A DNA stretch of 56,591 nt, the filler included, from Sphacelaria rigidula (taxonomy: Eukaryota): the NCBI GenBank assembly GCA_964200075.2. It is 7 parts of 7 records of this genome, joined end to end, with 100 filler letters (N's around TTAATTAATTAA, not from the genome) between each part and the next. Parts side by side here need not be neighbours in the genome. Positions count along the whole stretch, not along the records: positions 1 to 8,000 come from CAXNAA020012695.1; positions 8,101 to 16,100 come from CAXNAA020012696.1; 5 more parts are not named here. One strand, written 5' to 3'. Of this stretch, positions 1 through 11,688 are shown in pieces (within the stretch, counting starts at the first letter, position 1; each line of letters begins with the position of its first letter). Made by a program: the position numbers and the translations under genes. Under the pieces are notes generated by a model. The model ran no database searches. It worked only from the letters and a program-made list of their open reading frames with translations, and was not told the DNA's origin.

Positions 1-267
1 CCCTCCTCGGGATGAGCCCATGGTCTCAAGGATCAACCCATCTCTCCCCCGGTACATGCCTTTCATTTTGGTCTCGCGGATTGGGTCAGCACTCCCGCAC
101 CGCGTCAACTCAAACCATACAAACCCAGTCGACTTTTTTGTTCACTCACGTTCTCACACTTTCCACGGTGGCATTACGAAGAAAAAAGCCAACGCATCGG
201 GGAATCGAACCCCCGTTCTCTCCACCCTAATGGCGACAGTCGGGCCATTACACCATCGGGACGCGGC
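1..267 (-). mobile_element. tRNA-derived SINE family A, copy 1
   Basis: Minus strand starts GCGTCCCGATGGTGTAATGG (A box) ... GGTTCGATTCC (B box), then a ~190-bp body shared with copies at 7346-7854 and 46590-46871. Confidence 0.8.
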
Positions 268-654
268 AAAGCACTGCAAGTTGATATCGCTGGAATGACC
301 CTACCATAAGCACCTTGCCCGCTACCAGACTGTCACAGACTCTCAGGACGTAGGATTCGCTAGCATTGCTACTGTCAGGTATATTTTGGGGCGTGATACT
401 CGATGCAGATCATCCTTGTACATGGGCACGAAGCGCTGGGCTTCTCTCTCAAGACTTCGATTTGGAGGATGGATTGCTCTGCTTCGCATCGCGCCTCCAA
501 TTTTCCCATCCTTTCTCACATTGAAATGGAGTGAAAACGGGACAGAAGAGACAGACGCCTTCAATGAAGAGCGATGGGACTCGTCTTCTTTGGCGGCATC
601 TGAGCCGCCGGCGTGAAGGAGAGAGAGTGCTAGGGCTGTTAGGGCCCTTCTTAG

Positions 655-756
655 CCCCTAGACCGCGAAGCGGGTAGTCCCTCTGGATCACACATTATTT
701 TTTCAAGTGAAAATTGATGCCCATTCAGCAGGTGACCACCCATCGCGGTCTAGGGG
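655..756. mobile_element. piggyBac-like ~100-bp MITE
   Basis: TIR CCCCTAGACCGCG...CGCGGTCTAGGGG, flanks TTAG/TTAA; related copies at 25654-25754, 30447-30548, 30965-31061 and 31066-31124. Confidence 0.7.
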
Positions 757-833
757 TTAACGAAGGGAATTATCCCCTTTTTCACAATCCCCTTTTGACA
801 GGGGATTGGCCCCATAAGGACCAGTCTCCAGTC

Positions 834-1686
834 CTATCGACAAGCAGTTTTGTACAAATTCGAACCAAGATCTGCACGCAGGTTGAAAAATGCGGCGGGT
901 CTGAAAGTGATCGTTAGTCCAAGCAGATCCAAGGTCTGTGTAATGCTGCAGACAAGGCACAACAAGGCAGCACAACACCTACATGGCCAGCCCCGAAAAA
1001 ACACGCGAAGACACCCACCACTCACGTGCATTAGTTTCACTGCTAGCCAAGTGTTAGCCCTTGCTAATCTACACACGGCAGTCTTTGACAGAAATCCGTT
1101 CTGTATTGGACGAATGGCGGCTGCATGCGTGTCGAAAACAACCGAAAACGTGTCGTTGCTAACCGTTTGGTGAGCGTGGGCTGCGCGCGCATCTCACACA
1201 AATCATTTCTCAACGAATTCTGGACAGATGTGAGCAAAGTTTGTCGGTACTGGAGGACTTGGGACTGGTGTTTAGGGCTTGTCTTTTCGGTCGAAAAAAT
1301 GGAGCGGTGAAATCGATCTAAGTGAAATATTTCTCGTTTTGATGCAGCTGGGTCCAGATGGATGTTCAAGCTTTCGGTCCAACAAATACAGTGAAATTCG
1401 TGACACGGCACGGGGTCAATCGTGTACAATACCCACAGTCTGTACTGTCTGCACCGCTTGCAAGCAGGGTGTCTTGAGTGCGTGTGTGCGTGGTTCGTTC
1501 AGGAGGATTTGAAGGAGAAGCGGGCAACATGCAGTGCAGACAGCCCAGGACTATCAGTTCTCCCTGCTTACCATGCGCCGTGAAGAGGACTTCAGCAACG
1601 TGCAGCTTTGTAAAGACTGCACTATCCATGAGCATGCACGCAACTCGGTTGCCCACCGTACCAAGCAAGTCTGTCACTGATGTCCA
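834..1686 (-). CDS. Candidate 3' exons of a hypothetical protein (1686-1572, 1347-1164, 900-834)
   Basis: AG/GT-bounded open exons with compatible phases: WTSVTDLLGTVGNRVACML.../ASKREIFHLDRF.../RPAAFFNLRADLGSNLYKTACR*. No family recognised. Confidence 0.35.
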
Positions 1687-1776
1687 CTATGAGAGAAGAC
1701 GTGCAATTTTTCGCCAACAAAAAAAAACAAAGCATACCCAGCTACTACAGTGGATCTATCCATGTGCTTAACTCGT

Positions 1777-2220
1777 AACACGGGATCTTACAAATTGGGG
1801 ATGCATCTTTGATTGGGGATGAGAAACCCGGAAAATTAAAATCTTCGTATTCACACCACATCTTTGAGATATGTTTCCATTTCTCCACCTACTGATAGTG
1901 ATTGATAACTGCTACATGCCATACAAATTTGAATTTCGACCACCGAAATGTTGGGGTCCTACGTGAAAAACCAATTTTGGGGAATTGCGGGTGTCCGAAC
2001 GGACGCCAAAATGGTTCCGAAATTGAATATTTACCTAGGACCCCAACATTTCGGTGATCAAAATCTAAATTTCTATGGCGTGTAGCACTCGTCTATGGCT
2101 AATAGTAGGTGAAGAAATGGAAACCTATTTCGAAGTTTTGACGTGGATACGAAAATTTTAATGCTCCGGGTTTCTCATCCTTAATCAAATACCAATCCCC
2201 AATTTGTAAGATCCCGTGTT
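1777..2220. mobile_element. Foldback MITE, 444 bp, 4-bp TSD TCGT
   Basis: Near whole-length imperfect palindrome AACACGGGATCTTACAAATTGGGGA...TCCCCAATTTGTAAGATCCCGTGTT, with TCGT on both sides; partial copies at 55445-55515 and 56125-56500. Confidence 0.85.
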
Positions 2221-4352
2221 TCGTGCTCAATGCTGCAGGGTTGCGGTGGTATAGCTGTCCGTCTTTAGGTTCTAAAGCTAAAAAACACTGCAGTACTGCT
2301 GTGTTGTCTTGTGTACAGTTTAGCCCTTTGTACTCCATATATCACCGAAGAATTATCTTGTGTTCAGTGTAGTACCCTGTACTCCATATAGTGAGGTCAT
2401 GTTTTGAGCAGTTTTTCTTGAAAGTTCTGCTTATTTTTATAAAAGTTCTCCTTGTTTTTTTCAAAGTTTTCCCAAGAAACGAGAGTGTTTGCTATCACAG
2501 GAATCTAATGCCAAATCTGGAATAGCCTGAGCCAGCAACCAATTTAAAAATTGGAATGATACTAGGTAGGCAGCGGCAACTGCTGTGTGTCCAGGTGACC
2601 CTTGGAGCAGGATGCGTTTGGTGTCTGTTTAACGAAGCTATCCCCAGAAAACCGAAATCGATAAGAGTTTCAGACTAGGAAAATCTAGCAAAAAAACTAT
2701 CGCAAGAATCCGATCGCGAGGATCAGGATGCAGGGATCCTGACGCAAAAACGGGGTCGCAAAAAACCACTTAGTCGAATTTTCACCCGCAGCAAAAACCA
2801 ACTTCACTTCGTAAAATTGGAATGCAGAAAGACAAGGCACCTCTTGTGAGGCCGTCGTTTGCCCCGAACACCCTCTCACCGGCGCACGGTACTGTACTAC
2901 GCTTGCGGACCCCGGAAGGCCGGCGAAAACACGCGTGACGGAGTGCATACTAAACGAAAAACGAAAGTAGGCTTATACAACGTAGATGGACTGGTGAAAG
3001 ATTAAAATAGAACCACTCGAAACTAGCGTTGGTAATTCATGGGTAGGCAGGTTCAACAATATCATTCGCGTCCCTTACGAGGGTAAGGTCATGTCCATTA
3101 CTAAATCATCAGCTACTTGTAAACATTCGCCCTCTCGGTGTTTTCGGAGTTAATCAAAATATCACTCAGTCATCCAGACTCGCGGTTACAGGATAAAGTA
3201 CTTCCCATTGGTCCATTCTTCAGTCTTCATACCATGTAAAATATACCCACGGAGAGGAGACATCGGCATCAAATCACAAAAACCATTCCTCGGACACAGC
3301 AAGAATGGCCCCACATGCAAGGCATACACCCCGAGGGAAATCAAAAAGGAAAAAGTCTGTTCAGCACAAAGATCCGATCAATGATATCCTCAGCACAACA
3401 CAGAGTAGAGACAGGAAACACGAAAACACGATGAGTGCCAGTACAAGGCAAACGTTACGTTCCCTACTACTACTGCATGTCCCTCAGTAGATTATGACAC
3501 TAAAAAATTCTCTTTACCCCCCTCCCTCCCCCCCCGCTGCCCTTCAATAGAGCGTGATTTGAATACTACTTGGACGTTCGAACATCAAAATCACGCAAAA
3601 ACATGGTGAAATAAAACGCTAAGGTGGGACAGCGTTGATAGGGGTAAATTAAAAAGCTTTGAAAATAACAACAGCGGATGTTGATTGAAAATCACGGTGA
3701 AATGCTGGTCCTCGAGTATATCATCTTCGCGTCCCCCAGCGGGTTCTGACGCCAATCGTCGCGGCACATCGTCTTATTTGCACTCGAAACTGCACTTGCA
3801 AGCAGCTCGGTCATGTTTCTCGACAGTTGCATCCGTCACACTACAAGATGGAATGTCAACAATGTTGTCCGTGCTGCCCGCTTGTGTGCCTCACCTCTCT
3901 TCGTAGCAGCGGCGTATATCTTCTCAAATGAATCATGACAATGGCCAAAGCGGGGCGTCATCTTTTTAGCTCATGGACCTTGACCAAGAGCTTCATGCCC
4001 TCGGCAAGGCAAATTAAGGTACAGTGACCACAGGTGGCCTGGGTACGGCATGGTACGGGCACCGTTCCTCAAGTATTCGGTTCTTCTGTTCACTTGATAC
4101 CGGTTTAGACCCTGGGATACTCGATTGTATTCGGCAGTCGGTACCTCTGACACCCGGGGTCTCCGGTACTGCAAAGTGATCTGGAAAGTCGAGGAATCTA
4201 GGGGTACTGCACCCTACCCTAGACACAACACCTTTGAAAACAGCTTCCCAGATAGTTCTCAACATTAAACAGGTGGCGTTCTCGACGCCCTTCAAAAGCC
4301 GTCTTTAGCAGCGCATCATCCGCAAGTCAATGGAATCACCGTATGGCCGCTG

Positions 4353-5768
4353 TCATGGCGGGGTATCTCCCCCCTCCTTCCCCTTGTGACTGTCCATGAG
4401 GTTCATGAACTCCAGCAGGCACCGGTTATTGTCAAGCACCTCCGTCAGTACAGCACGTTCATTTCTTAGAATTTCTGAAGCCTTGACTGCCAGATCCTGC
4501 AGATTAGATTAGCCAAGGAATTGGGAATGTGGGGCGCAGGGAGCGGGTTCTTACGGTGAGGGTGGAGATCATTACATGTTGTGCGCATACGACGGTTACT
4601 GCGGGGCACTTGCATCGAAATCGCACGATCGTTCCGTATAACGTCCAGACATTTTGTGCGGCATGCTGCAACAACAGTTAGCCGTAGAGGGTGTTGAAGA
4701 GGGTGTGCGCGTACGTGGGATGAGGGGGGGGGGGGGGCGTACCCATTTGTTGCTTGCCTTGGTCGTATGACCATTGGCCACACATCCCTTTTGAGACGGA
4801 GCACGTGGGATGAGGGGGTGAAGGCGGGGGGGGGGGGCGTACTTATGATCTTGGAGGCCGTAGTAATATGGCCATTAACCTCACACCTCTACAAAGCCGG
4901 GACGGAGCACGACGGTTTTTCGTCGGACCAGGCTCGCAATAAATGGGGGGGGAGGGTGCTTTGAGAAAAAGGGGAGCTTAGAGGTTCTATACACAAGCTG
5001 TGCTCATTGTCCAGACCTTTTGTCAACACTTTACTGGCCGAGGGGCGTGTCTGTCCATAAAATCGGTATCATTTTCATTCGACAAATAACAGAGAAGACT
5101 TGGGTTTCCGTTCACGAGCACTCGAAGGGCTGATACGGCGCACTATTCTTCTACAGCTCAAGATGTGAGTAGCACCAAATCTTCGAGCTAAAGTCCGTCA
5201 CTTGGGGGAAAAGTGGTAAAAGGGGGCAAGGGTACGGGTGGGAGGGGTGCGACGTACAGCGTGGGAGAGAGCGGGGGAGGCTACCCGTGTCGTGCATCCC
5301 CAGCTGCGATTAGTTCACAAGGTGTCCAGACGACGGAGCTGTCTCGTTTTTAATGGGGGCATCTCCATTAGTCAATCGACGGTGGCGAGGAGTGACGAAT
5401 CCAAGGGCGCGCCCTTTCGACATAAAGAAGGTATTGGTTGTATCATATCAGCGTAGAGATTAGTTGCTCGAAAGATGAAATTTCGAACAAGCTCTGAACA
5501 AAAAACGTACGGTACGTGTGCACACTGAAAATCCGAACCGTCGGTGATTCACCCTGAGTAACAACGGCGTCTGCTGAACAAAACGGGGTTGTGTAAGCTG
5601 TCATCATGCGTGAAGTGGATGGCATTTACTTGAAGCTGTTCACAGAGAAGCACGTAGTAGACGCACCCTGATCCTGTCCAAATCGCTGCCGAGCACCACT
5701 AGCCCATCGTCATCTCCCACGATAACGTCACCTGGCGAAATTTCAACTCCACCGATGGTCACCGGCAT
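4353..5768 (-). CDS. RraA/HMG-CHA aldolase family protein, last two exons (5768-5667, 4496-4353)
   Basis: MPVTIGGVEISPGDVIVGDDDGLVVLG is the RraA-family C-terminal signature; phase-0 GT-AG join to DLAVKASEILRNERAVLTEV...GDTPP*. Upstream exons not found. Confidence 0.8.
4723..4942 (+). mobile_element. Poly(G)-headed ~110-bp retroposon-like repeat, two tandem copies
   Basis: G-run followed by TACTTATGATC...CTACAAAGCCGGGACGGAGCACG...TTTTCGTCGGACC; similar copies at 7905-8000, 39780-39900 (-) and 48620-48740 (-). Confidence 0.65.
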
Positions 5769-7345
5769 CTGCACAAGACGAACACGACAAGACGATTTAG
5801 AGTGTACATTATTCTGCGAAATCTCACGAGTATGCTTGACGTTGTACACCGCAGCACTCGGGAAAACGAATCATTGCTGGGTAAAGCTTTACCGTAGGTG
5901 ACAGAAACGAAACCCCAGCCTCCCGCGCCACGGAGCCCGTTTTACTTTTTCGATCTTCACAGAAGTACACATTCAACCCACGTCCGAATGTCCGTGGTGC
6001 TCGTACCGCGAGGCACTTTTGCGGCAATCCAGGTCAAAGTCTTGCGGATCCAAGTCCAATTCTGATTCAAATCGAGGCAAGAAACATATTTCGATCGTAA
6101 AACACGCTCTATCGATCCGAGATTTTGGTTCTACCTTCGTTACAGTTAGGATCAGGGTCAGCGATCGAGCGTAATTACGTCAATTTATGTACAATATTAG
6201 GACGATTTGATTTTGCGTTCGGGACAGCAAACAATATCTCGGACAGAAAAATGATATATATAGTTACACCACGTCATAACTTTTCGAAGAATGAGCTCTC
6301 GGCTCGTCGGCTCTCGGCTCTCGGAACTCAAGAACAAGAGAACTAAAATTAAAATAACAAACTGCTGCGATTCGAGCCGGAATATCGTCAATTGCTCAGT
6401 GCATAACACATGATATATGTTTGGACGGCCGTGTGTTACGGTGTCTCGTCGTGTCTAGGGTGTTGCAGTGTGCAGAGGAGAGAGGGCGAGGGTCCTCGTG
6501 ACGACGGCGGCGAAATACGTGTCCAGAGAGAGAGAGAGAGACCCGCACGTGGGAGCGAGACAACATACAGCAGTTCGTGTTTCCAAGATAAGCCGTGTGC
6601 TTCTGTTGATGTGACGCTGCACCTAGAAAGCAATAATCACAAACGAGTTTCTCGATGAGGTGAACGCAAGTACCCGCACGCAAGTATGGGCTGTATGTAT
6701 GTAAGGGGTACCAAAATCATGTGAACGAAGTCGGGGAAAACAAACGTGTGCACGATCCAAACACAGACTGATCAGCCAATATGCCGCTGCGCAACACTAC
6801 AGACAGTAAATACCGCGGCAGCGCGGCACAAGTTAAACCACGGCGGAGGCGTAGCAGCACGAGATGCTCCTGATCGCGTCCACTTCCCGACGAGATATGA
6901 CGCACCTTTCTGTACTCTAATTTCACCTGAGCAAAATTCTGGGCTATCGGTGCTCTTATCTCGAGTGAACAAAATGCTGCCCCGTGAGGCCCCGAGAGCT
7001 CGCGGAAGCTCCAGAATGCTACCCTGTGAGACGTGAGACAATTTGCTCCTCGGCTCCGACTAAAGTTCTCAGACTTAAGTTCTCATGTGAAAGAAAATAT
7101 TTCGCAAGACAACGTATCCCGCGCCGACGTGTGCGTGCTCCAACGAAAGTTCTCATGTGTGAAAAGATATTTTGCCAGGCAACATATCTCGCGCCCATGT
7201 GGTACAATATATTTCGTGGTGGCAATACCTCGGCGTATTCCAACTGTTTTACGCCATACATGCCGAGAACATGATTCATCATCTAGGGTGCGATATTTTG
7301 CCACCTACGGAGTGTTCGCTTTGCTTTGTCACGCTTTGAACTTCT

Positions 7346-7854
7346 CCTCTTCCTCGAAGCGAGTCCGTTGTCTAATGGTCTCATGGTCTCAAGGGACCAA
7401 CCCATCTCCCCCCCGTTACACACCTTGCATTTTGGTCTAGCGGATTGGATCATGACCATCAGCACTCCCGCACCGCGTCAACTCTTGTCAACCAAACTCA
7501 GTCAATTACACTCTGTTCACTAAGGCACTCACGCTTTCAAGAGTGGATTTCAGATAACTCTGGAGGAAACCCCAAGGCATTCAGGACTCGAGGTCTCAAG
7601 GGACCAACCCATCTCCCCCCCGTTACACACCTTGCATTTTGGTCTAGCGGATTGGATCATGACCATCAGCACTCCCGCACTGCGTCAACTCTTGTCAACC
7701 AAACTCAGTCAATAACACTCTGTTCACGAAGGCACTCACGCTTTCAATAGTGGATTTCAGATAACTCCGGAGGAAACCCCAAGGCATTCAGGAATCGAAC
7801 CCACGTGCTCTCCACCCTGATGCTAGCGGCCGGACCATTTCGCCACCGAGGCGC
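7346..7854 (-). mobile_element. SINE family A, copy 2, with an internal ~206-bp tandem duplication
   Basis: A/B-box head near 7790-7854; body duplicated almost exactly (copies start at 7386 and 7592). Confidence 0.8.
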
Positions 7855-8000
7855 TACCTTGTCTACACCTACAGTCTGCCCTCTATTCAAGTGATGCTAC
7901 TATTTGGGGAGGGGGGGGGCTCATGATCACGCATGCCCTAGTCGTGAGACCATAGACTTCGTATCCCTACAAAGCCGAGACGGAGCACGCCGGGTTTTCG

Positions 8001-8100
8001 NNNNNNNNNNNNNNNNNNNNNNNNNNNNNNNNNNNNNNNNNNNNTTAATTAATTAANNNNNNNNNNNNNNNNNNNNNNNNNNNNNNNNNNNNNNNNNNNN
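8001..8100. other. Artificial contig linker (also 16101-16200, 24200-24299, 32298-32397, 40396-40495, 48494-48593)
   Basis: Identical 100-bp N/TTAATTAATTAA/N spacers giving stops in all six frames; contigs ordered by decreasing size. Confidence 0.97.
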
Positions 8101-9330
8101 GAAACAATGTTTGGATCTCAAACACATGCGGGTGATGAGCATCAACCACTCTGCACGGACCAGTCCACATCGCCATCAATTTAGGCGTAACTCCCGGGCG
8201 ACGCTCGCGTGCATACAAAACATAATCGCCTACCGCGGTATTCGGCGATTCCAGTCCCGACGAAGACTTCTCACGTCTACGCGCACGTTCAGCGACAACA
8301 CGCTCCTGCACCTGAACGTGGAAATTTTCCTACAACACCAAAATTCCTTTCAACCCACGCTTCCACTCCCCACCGATGAGGACGCCAACACCGAGAAAGA
8401 TGTCCGAGGTGCACGACTAAACATCACGTGAATATGGCGTACTATCGTACCGACGGCGATATGCTGTATTTAGCGTCAATTGCACAGCGGGTAACACGTC
8501 AACCCACTCGGTCACCTCTCGACGCTGCTCGAGAAAAATATATCGAAGAGCACGAACTACTTCATTGACCATGGGTTCGCACGTATACCGTTTGTCCACG
8601 GAAAATATGACATCGCAAACCGGTGATCAACGTGTAATGCCTCTCACAAGCGCGTCAGGATCGTGTTCTTGAAATGCATGGCGGTATCACTCAACCACAC
8701 TGGCGGCACCCCCAAAGTTTTGCACCAATTCAGCAAAGATCCAGCGGTCGATTCGGCAGTACACACTGCTACTGGTTCCAGCGCCACAAAGTTGCTCAAA
8801 CCATCCATGATAACCGAAATTTATTGAAGTCCAGCATCCTCCGACAAACTTTGGGAAACTGGCGGACCACTCTCGCCCACGTACAAGTAGTCTGAATGAT
8901 CGATCATTCGGCGTGGTCCCATGAACCGTTTCACCCAGCAGGTGGGGAATATTATCACCCCCCCTAGAACCAGTACAGTGAAGACATGGCGGACAAACTC
9001 GCGCACCTGAGTTTCCAATCCCTGCCGAACATAAAACTCTTACGAGCGCACGAGCATCGCAGCCACACCACGATGCCCGGCATCGCGCATGTGCGCACAA
9101 ATCATCGAACGTATGTGCAATTGTTTGTCAGAGGTGGGAATCCACAACACGTTCCGGCCACGTACATGCACACCACACAAACCTTCCTTGCCCAAAATTG
9201 CAGTATCAACATCCGACTCGAAGGATTGCACATCCGCATCAGTGACCCGAAGTTCTTTCCGTTGAGCTTGGCGGACCACAGATTTCGACGGCATCGAATC
9301 ATCCGCTTCACACGAACCAGATATAATTAC
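8101..9330 (-). pseudogene. Ty3/Gypsy integrase remnant
   Basis: Frameshifted fragments CAHMRDAGHRG, DYLYVGESGP, EWVDVLPAVQ, MWTGPCRVV; homologous to 13170-14400 in inverted orientation. Confidence 0.85.
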
Positions 9331-9571
9331 AGCTCGCGCGGGTATAGTAGGAATTTTTACCCAGCGCGACAGGAAGTCACTCCACGCCTTATGTTCACCC
9401 GAAATATGACAAATCGTGTACCGATACAGGCCTAATACGCTTCACACGAACCAGATATAATTACAGCTCGCGCGGGTATAGCAGGAATTTTTACCCAGCG
9501 CGACAGGAAGTCACTCCACGCCTTATGTTCACCCGAAATATGACAAATCGTGTACCGATACAGGCCTAATA
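9304..9571. repeat. 134-bp direct tandem duplication
   Basis: 9304-9437 and 9438-9571 are nearly identical. Confidence 0.9.
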
Positions 9572-9850
9572 CACCTTTCCACCCCTCCAAGCGGTAGACT
9601 ATAGCCACCATTGTTACCTAGGGCTAGGGACATTGTGTACGTGGAGTTGCGGGTCTGATTGCCGGACTCTGTGATGGGTGACCTTCATGACGCGAGGCTT
9701 GGTTTTGCCACTCTGGTGTAGAGAGAGACTATGGTCCTGTTCTCCTGTACTATGCTGAGGGTTAATACATGCTTAACTAAGGCTGCTGAAGTTCATGTGC
9801 CCGTGATGAGAGGCGTTTACATGGCGATCTGATCTTGAGTGGCAGAGGTC

Positions 9851-10550
9851 TGTAATGAACGTTCATTAAGTCCGCTGAAAGGCGGTAGGTTCACTGACAA
9901 GCAACTGACACATCAAGATAAAGAAGTCTGTAGGCCTGATCAGTTTGCAGCAAACAAGACCAGCTCAAGGCGTATTAACGTCGCCAAGAGTTGGAGAAGT
10001 AGAGCCGAAGAGGTTCTGAGGCAGTACTAGGGCGGGCTGTGGTATCGCTCGCGCATGAGGTGCGGGGGGTTGATCGACAGCTGGCGAGCCCGTGAGCGTT
10101 TCAGAACAGCGGCGCAATTACTGCGTGGTGGAGCCAGCGAGGGTTGCGTGTTCCACGCTTGGCCAAGTACGGTCAGGAAGAGGGGTGTAAGGACTACAAG
10201 GCGTGGTGAGAACCGCGTGAGGAAGAGGCGTGTGTGGTCGTTGTTGTAAGGTGGTACAGCGCGTCTCGGTGTAAGGAGAGAGTTGTTGTTTCTGCAAGTG
10301 GGAGGCGACTTCATTTGAAAACAAAAGGCGGTGTGGAGCAGTTGGAGTGCTGTACTGCTGACCGGAATGTACAAGGCTGTAGCTTACTTCTGCTTAACGA
10401 TGAAGCTTACTTCTGCTTAACGAAAGACTGCTGTTTGTCTATCTCCTTGAAGTCGTGAAGTCTCTGGAGCCCGTGACAGGGAGCATGCCTCTGGAGCAGC
10501 ACTGTAACCTTGTTCTGATTCCAGGCAGGTTCACAATAAACGTTTATTCA
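9851..10550 (+). mobile_element. 5' LTR of the Gypsy element
   Basis: Starts TGTAATGAACGTTCATTA and ends AATAAACGTTTATTCA (TG...CA); its first ~450 bp recur at 15657-16100. The 3' boundary is inferred. Confidence 0.7.
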
Positions 10551-10759
10551 GGGAACTTGTCGTTTCTGGATTGGGTTTTTGACGTCGCACCCGACCGTTT
10601 GGGGAACGTAAGGACGCTCACGTTGAATAACAGGGGGGGGAGAAAGCGGCGGAAAGAGAGGCGCAGGCCACACGAACCCAAGGCGACTGCGGTGACAGAA
10701 GGCTGTCGGAAGAATGGCAGCGCGAAGGAAAGGGGGGCACCAGCGAGACGGTTGATGAG

Positions 10760-11648
10760 ATGAAGTTTGCAGTAACCGAATCGACCTTGGGTGGATCCTT
10801 GAAAGTGCCCGAATATGGGCGAGTATTCAGTGAGCAAGCTTCCAGACGCTTCAACCAAAGCTATCGAGAATATGGGGAGGCAGTGGGGAAAAGTAACAAA
10901 GGCCGGTCGGTATAGTGCGCACTCTTGACCATGCAAGAGTTGGTGCCAAAGCACATCCAGAACTGCGTGTCTGACACCATCTTTGACGCGTTTCCACTCG
11001 AGGAAGACGAATTGCAGCAAGGGATTGATTGCACGCCACGCGAAATGCTGGATCCATACGGAAATTGATCGTTCCGAAGCTGCAGCAGGCGTGAAAAAGG
11101 CCCTTGCCGCACGGTCTGAACCAACTATGATGGGCCAATAGAGTTAATTACAGGAGTACTTTGCGGAAAACGCAGGTGCGGAGTGCGTTTTCCTTGAATC
11201 TGACAGCATGTTCAAGGCTGGTCCAGCGCACGTCAATACCAGAGCTATGGTCGCCGGTCTGACCCCACCTGAGTTCAAGGATGAAGTTCAAAGTATGCTC
11301 TATATGAAAAAGGACTGGAAAGAGAGCCCGAGAATGGTTTATGAGGTAGCTCATGACTTGGCGGACAAATGGAAGACTGTTGAAGAGGTTGACACACCAC
11401 CGTCAGCAACCGCAACTTAGGCAAGAAAGTGGCTCATAAGGCTCGACAAAACTGACATCGCATGCCGGCGCAGCGGCTGCGGCCGACGCAGCAGGTAGTG
11501 GCGAAAAGAGCTCGAGAAAGCCCCACAAACCTGGTCCGAGCAATGCAGGTTGTTTCGATAAGGGCCACAACAAGAAGGACTGTCACAAACAGAGCACACC
11601 TGCGGCCGCGGTGAGTGCGTCAGGTGGGCAACCAAAGTTCCCGCCGCC

Positions 11649-11688
<40 letters not shown>

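Noticed and set aside
193..267. tRNA genes at the SINE heads (also 7790-7854, 46800-46871, 47595-47667)
   Set aside because: A/B boxes are present but there is no clean cloverleaf or anticodon arm, and each is fused to a repeated body.
1572..1686. Resemblance of DLLGTVGNRVACMLMDSAVF to the TERT TEN domain
   Set aside because: The Y.Q..G motif is missing and the candidate gene ends shortly afterwards with no RT.
6820..6900. Possible upstream RraA exon (RREVDAIRSI on the minus strand)
   Set aside because: In-frame stop follows and there are no convincing splice sites.
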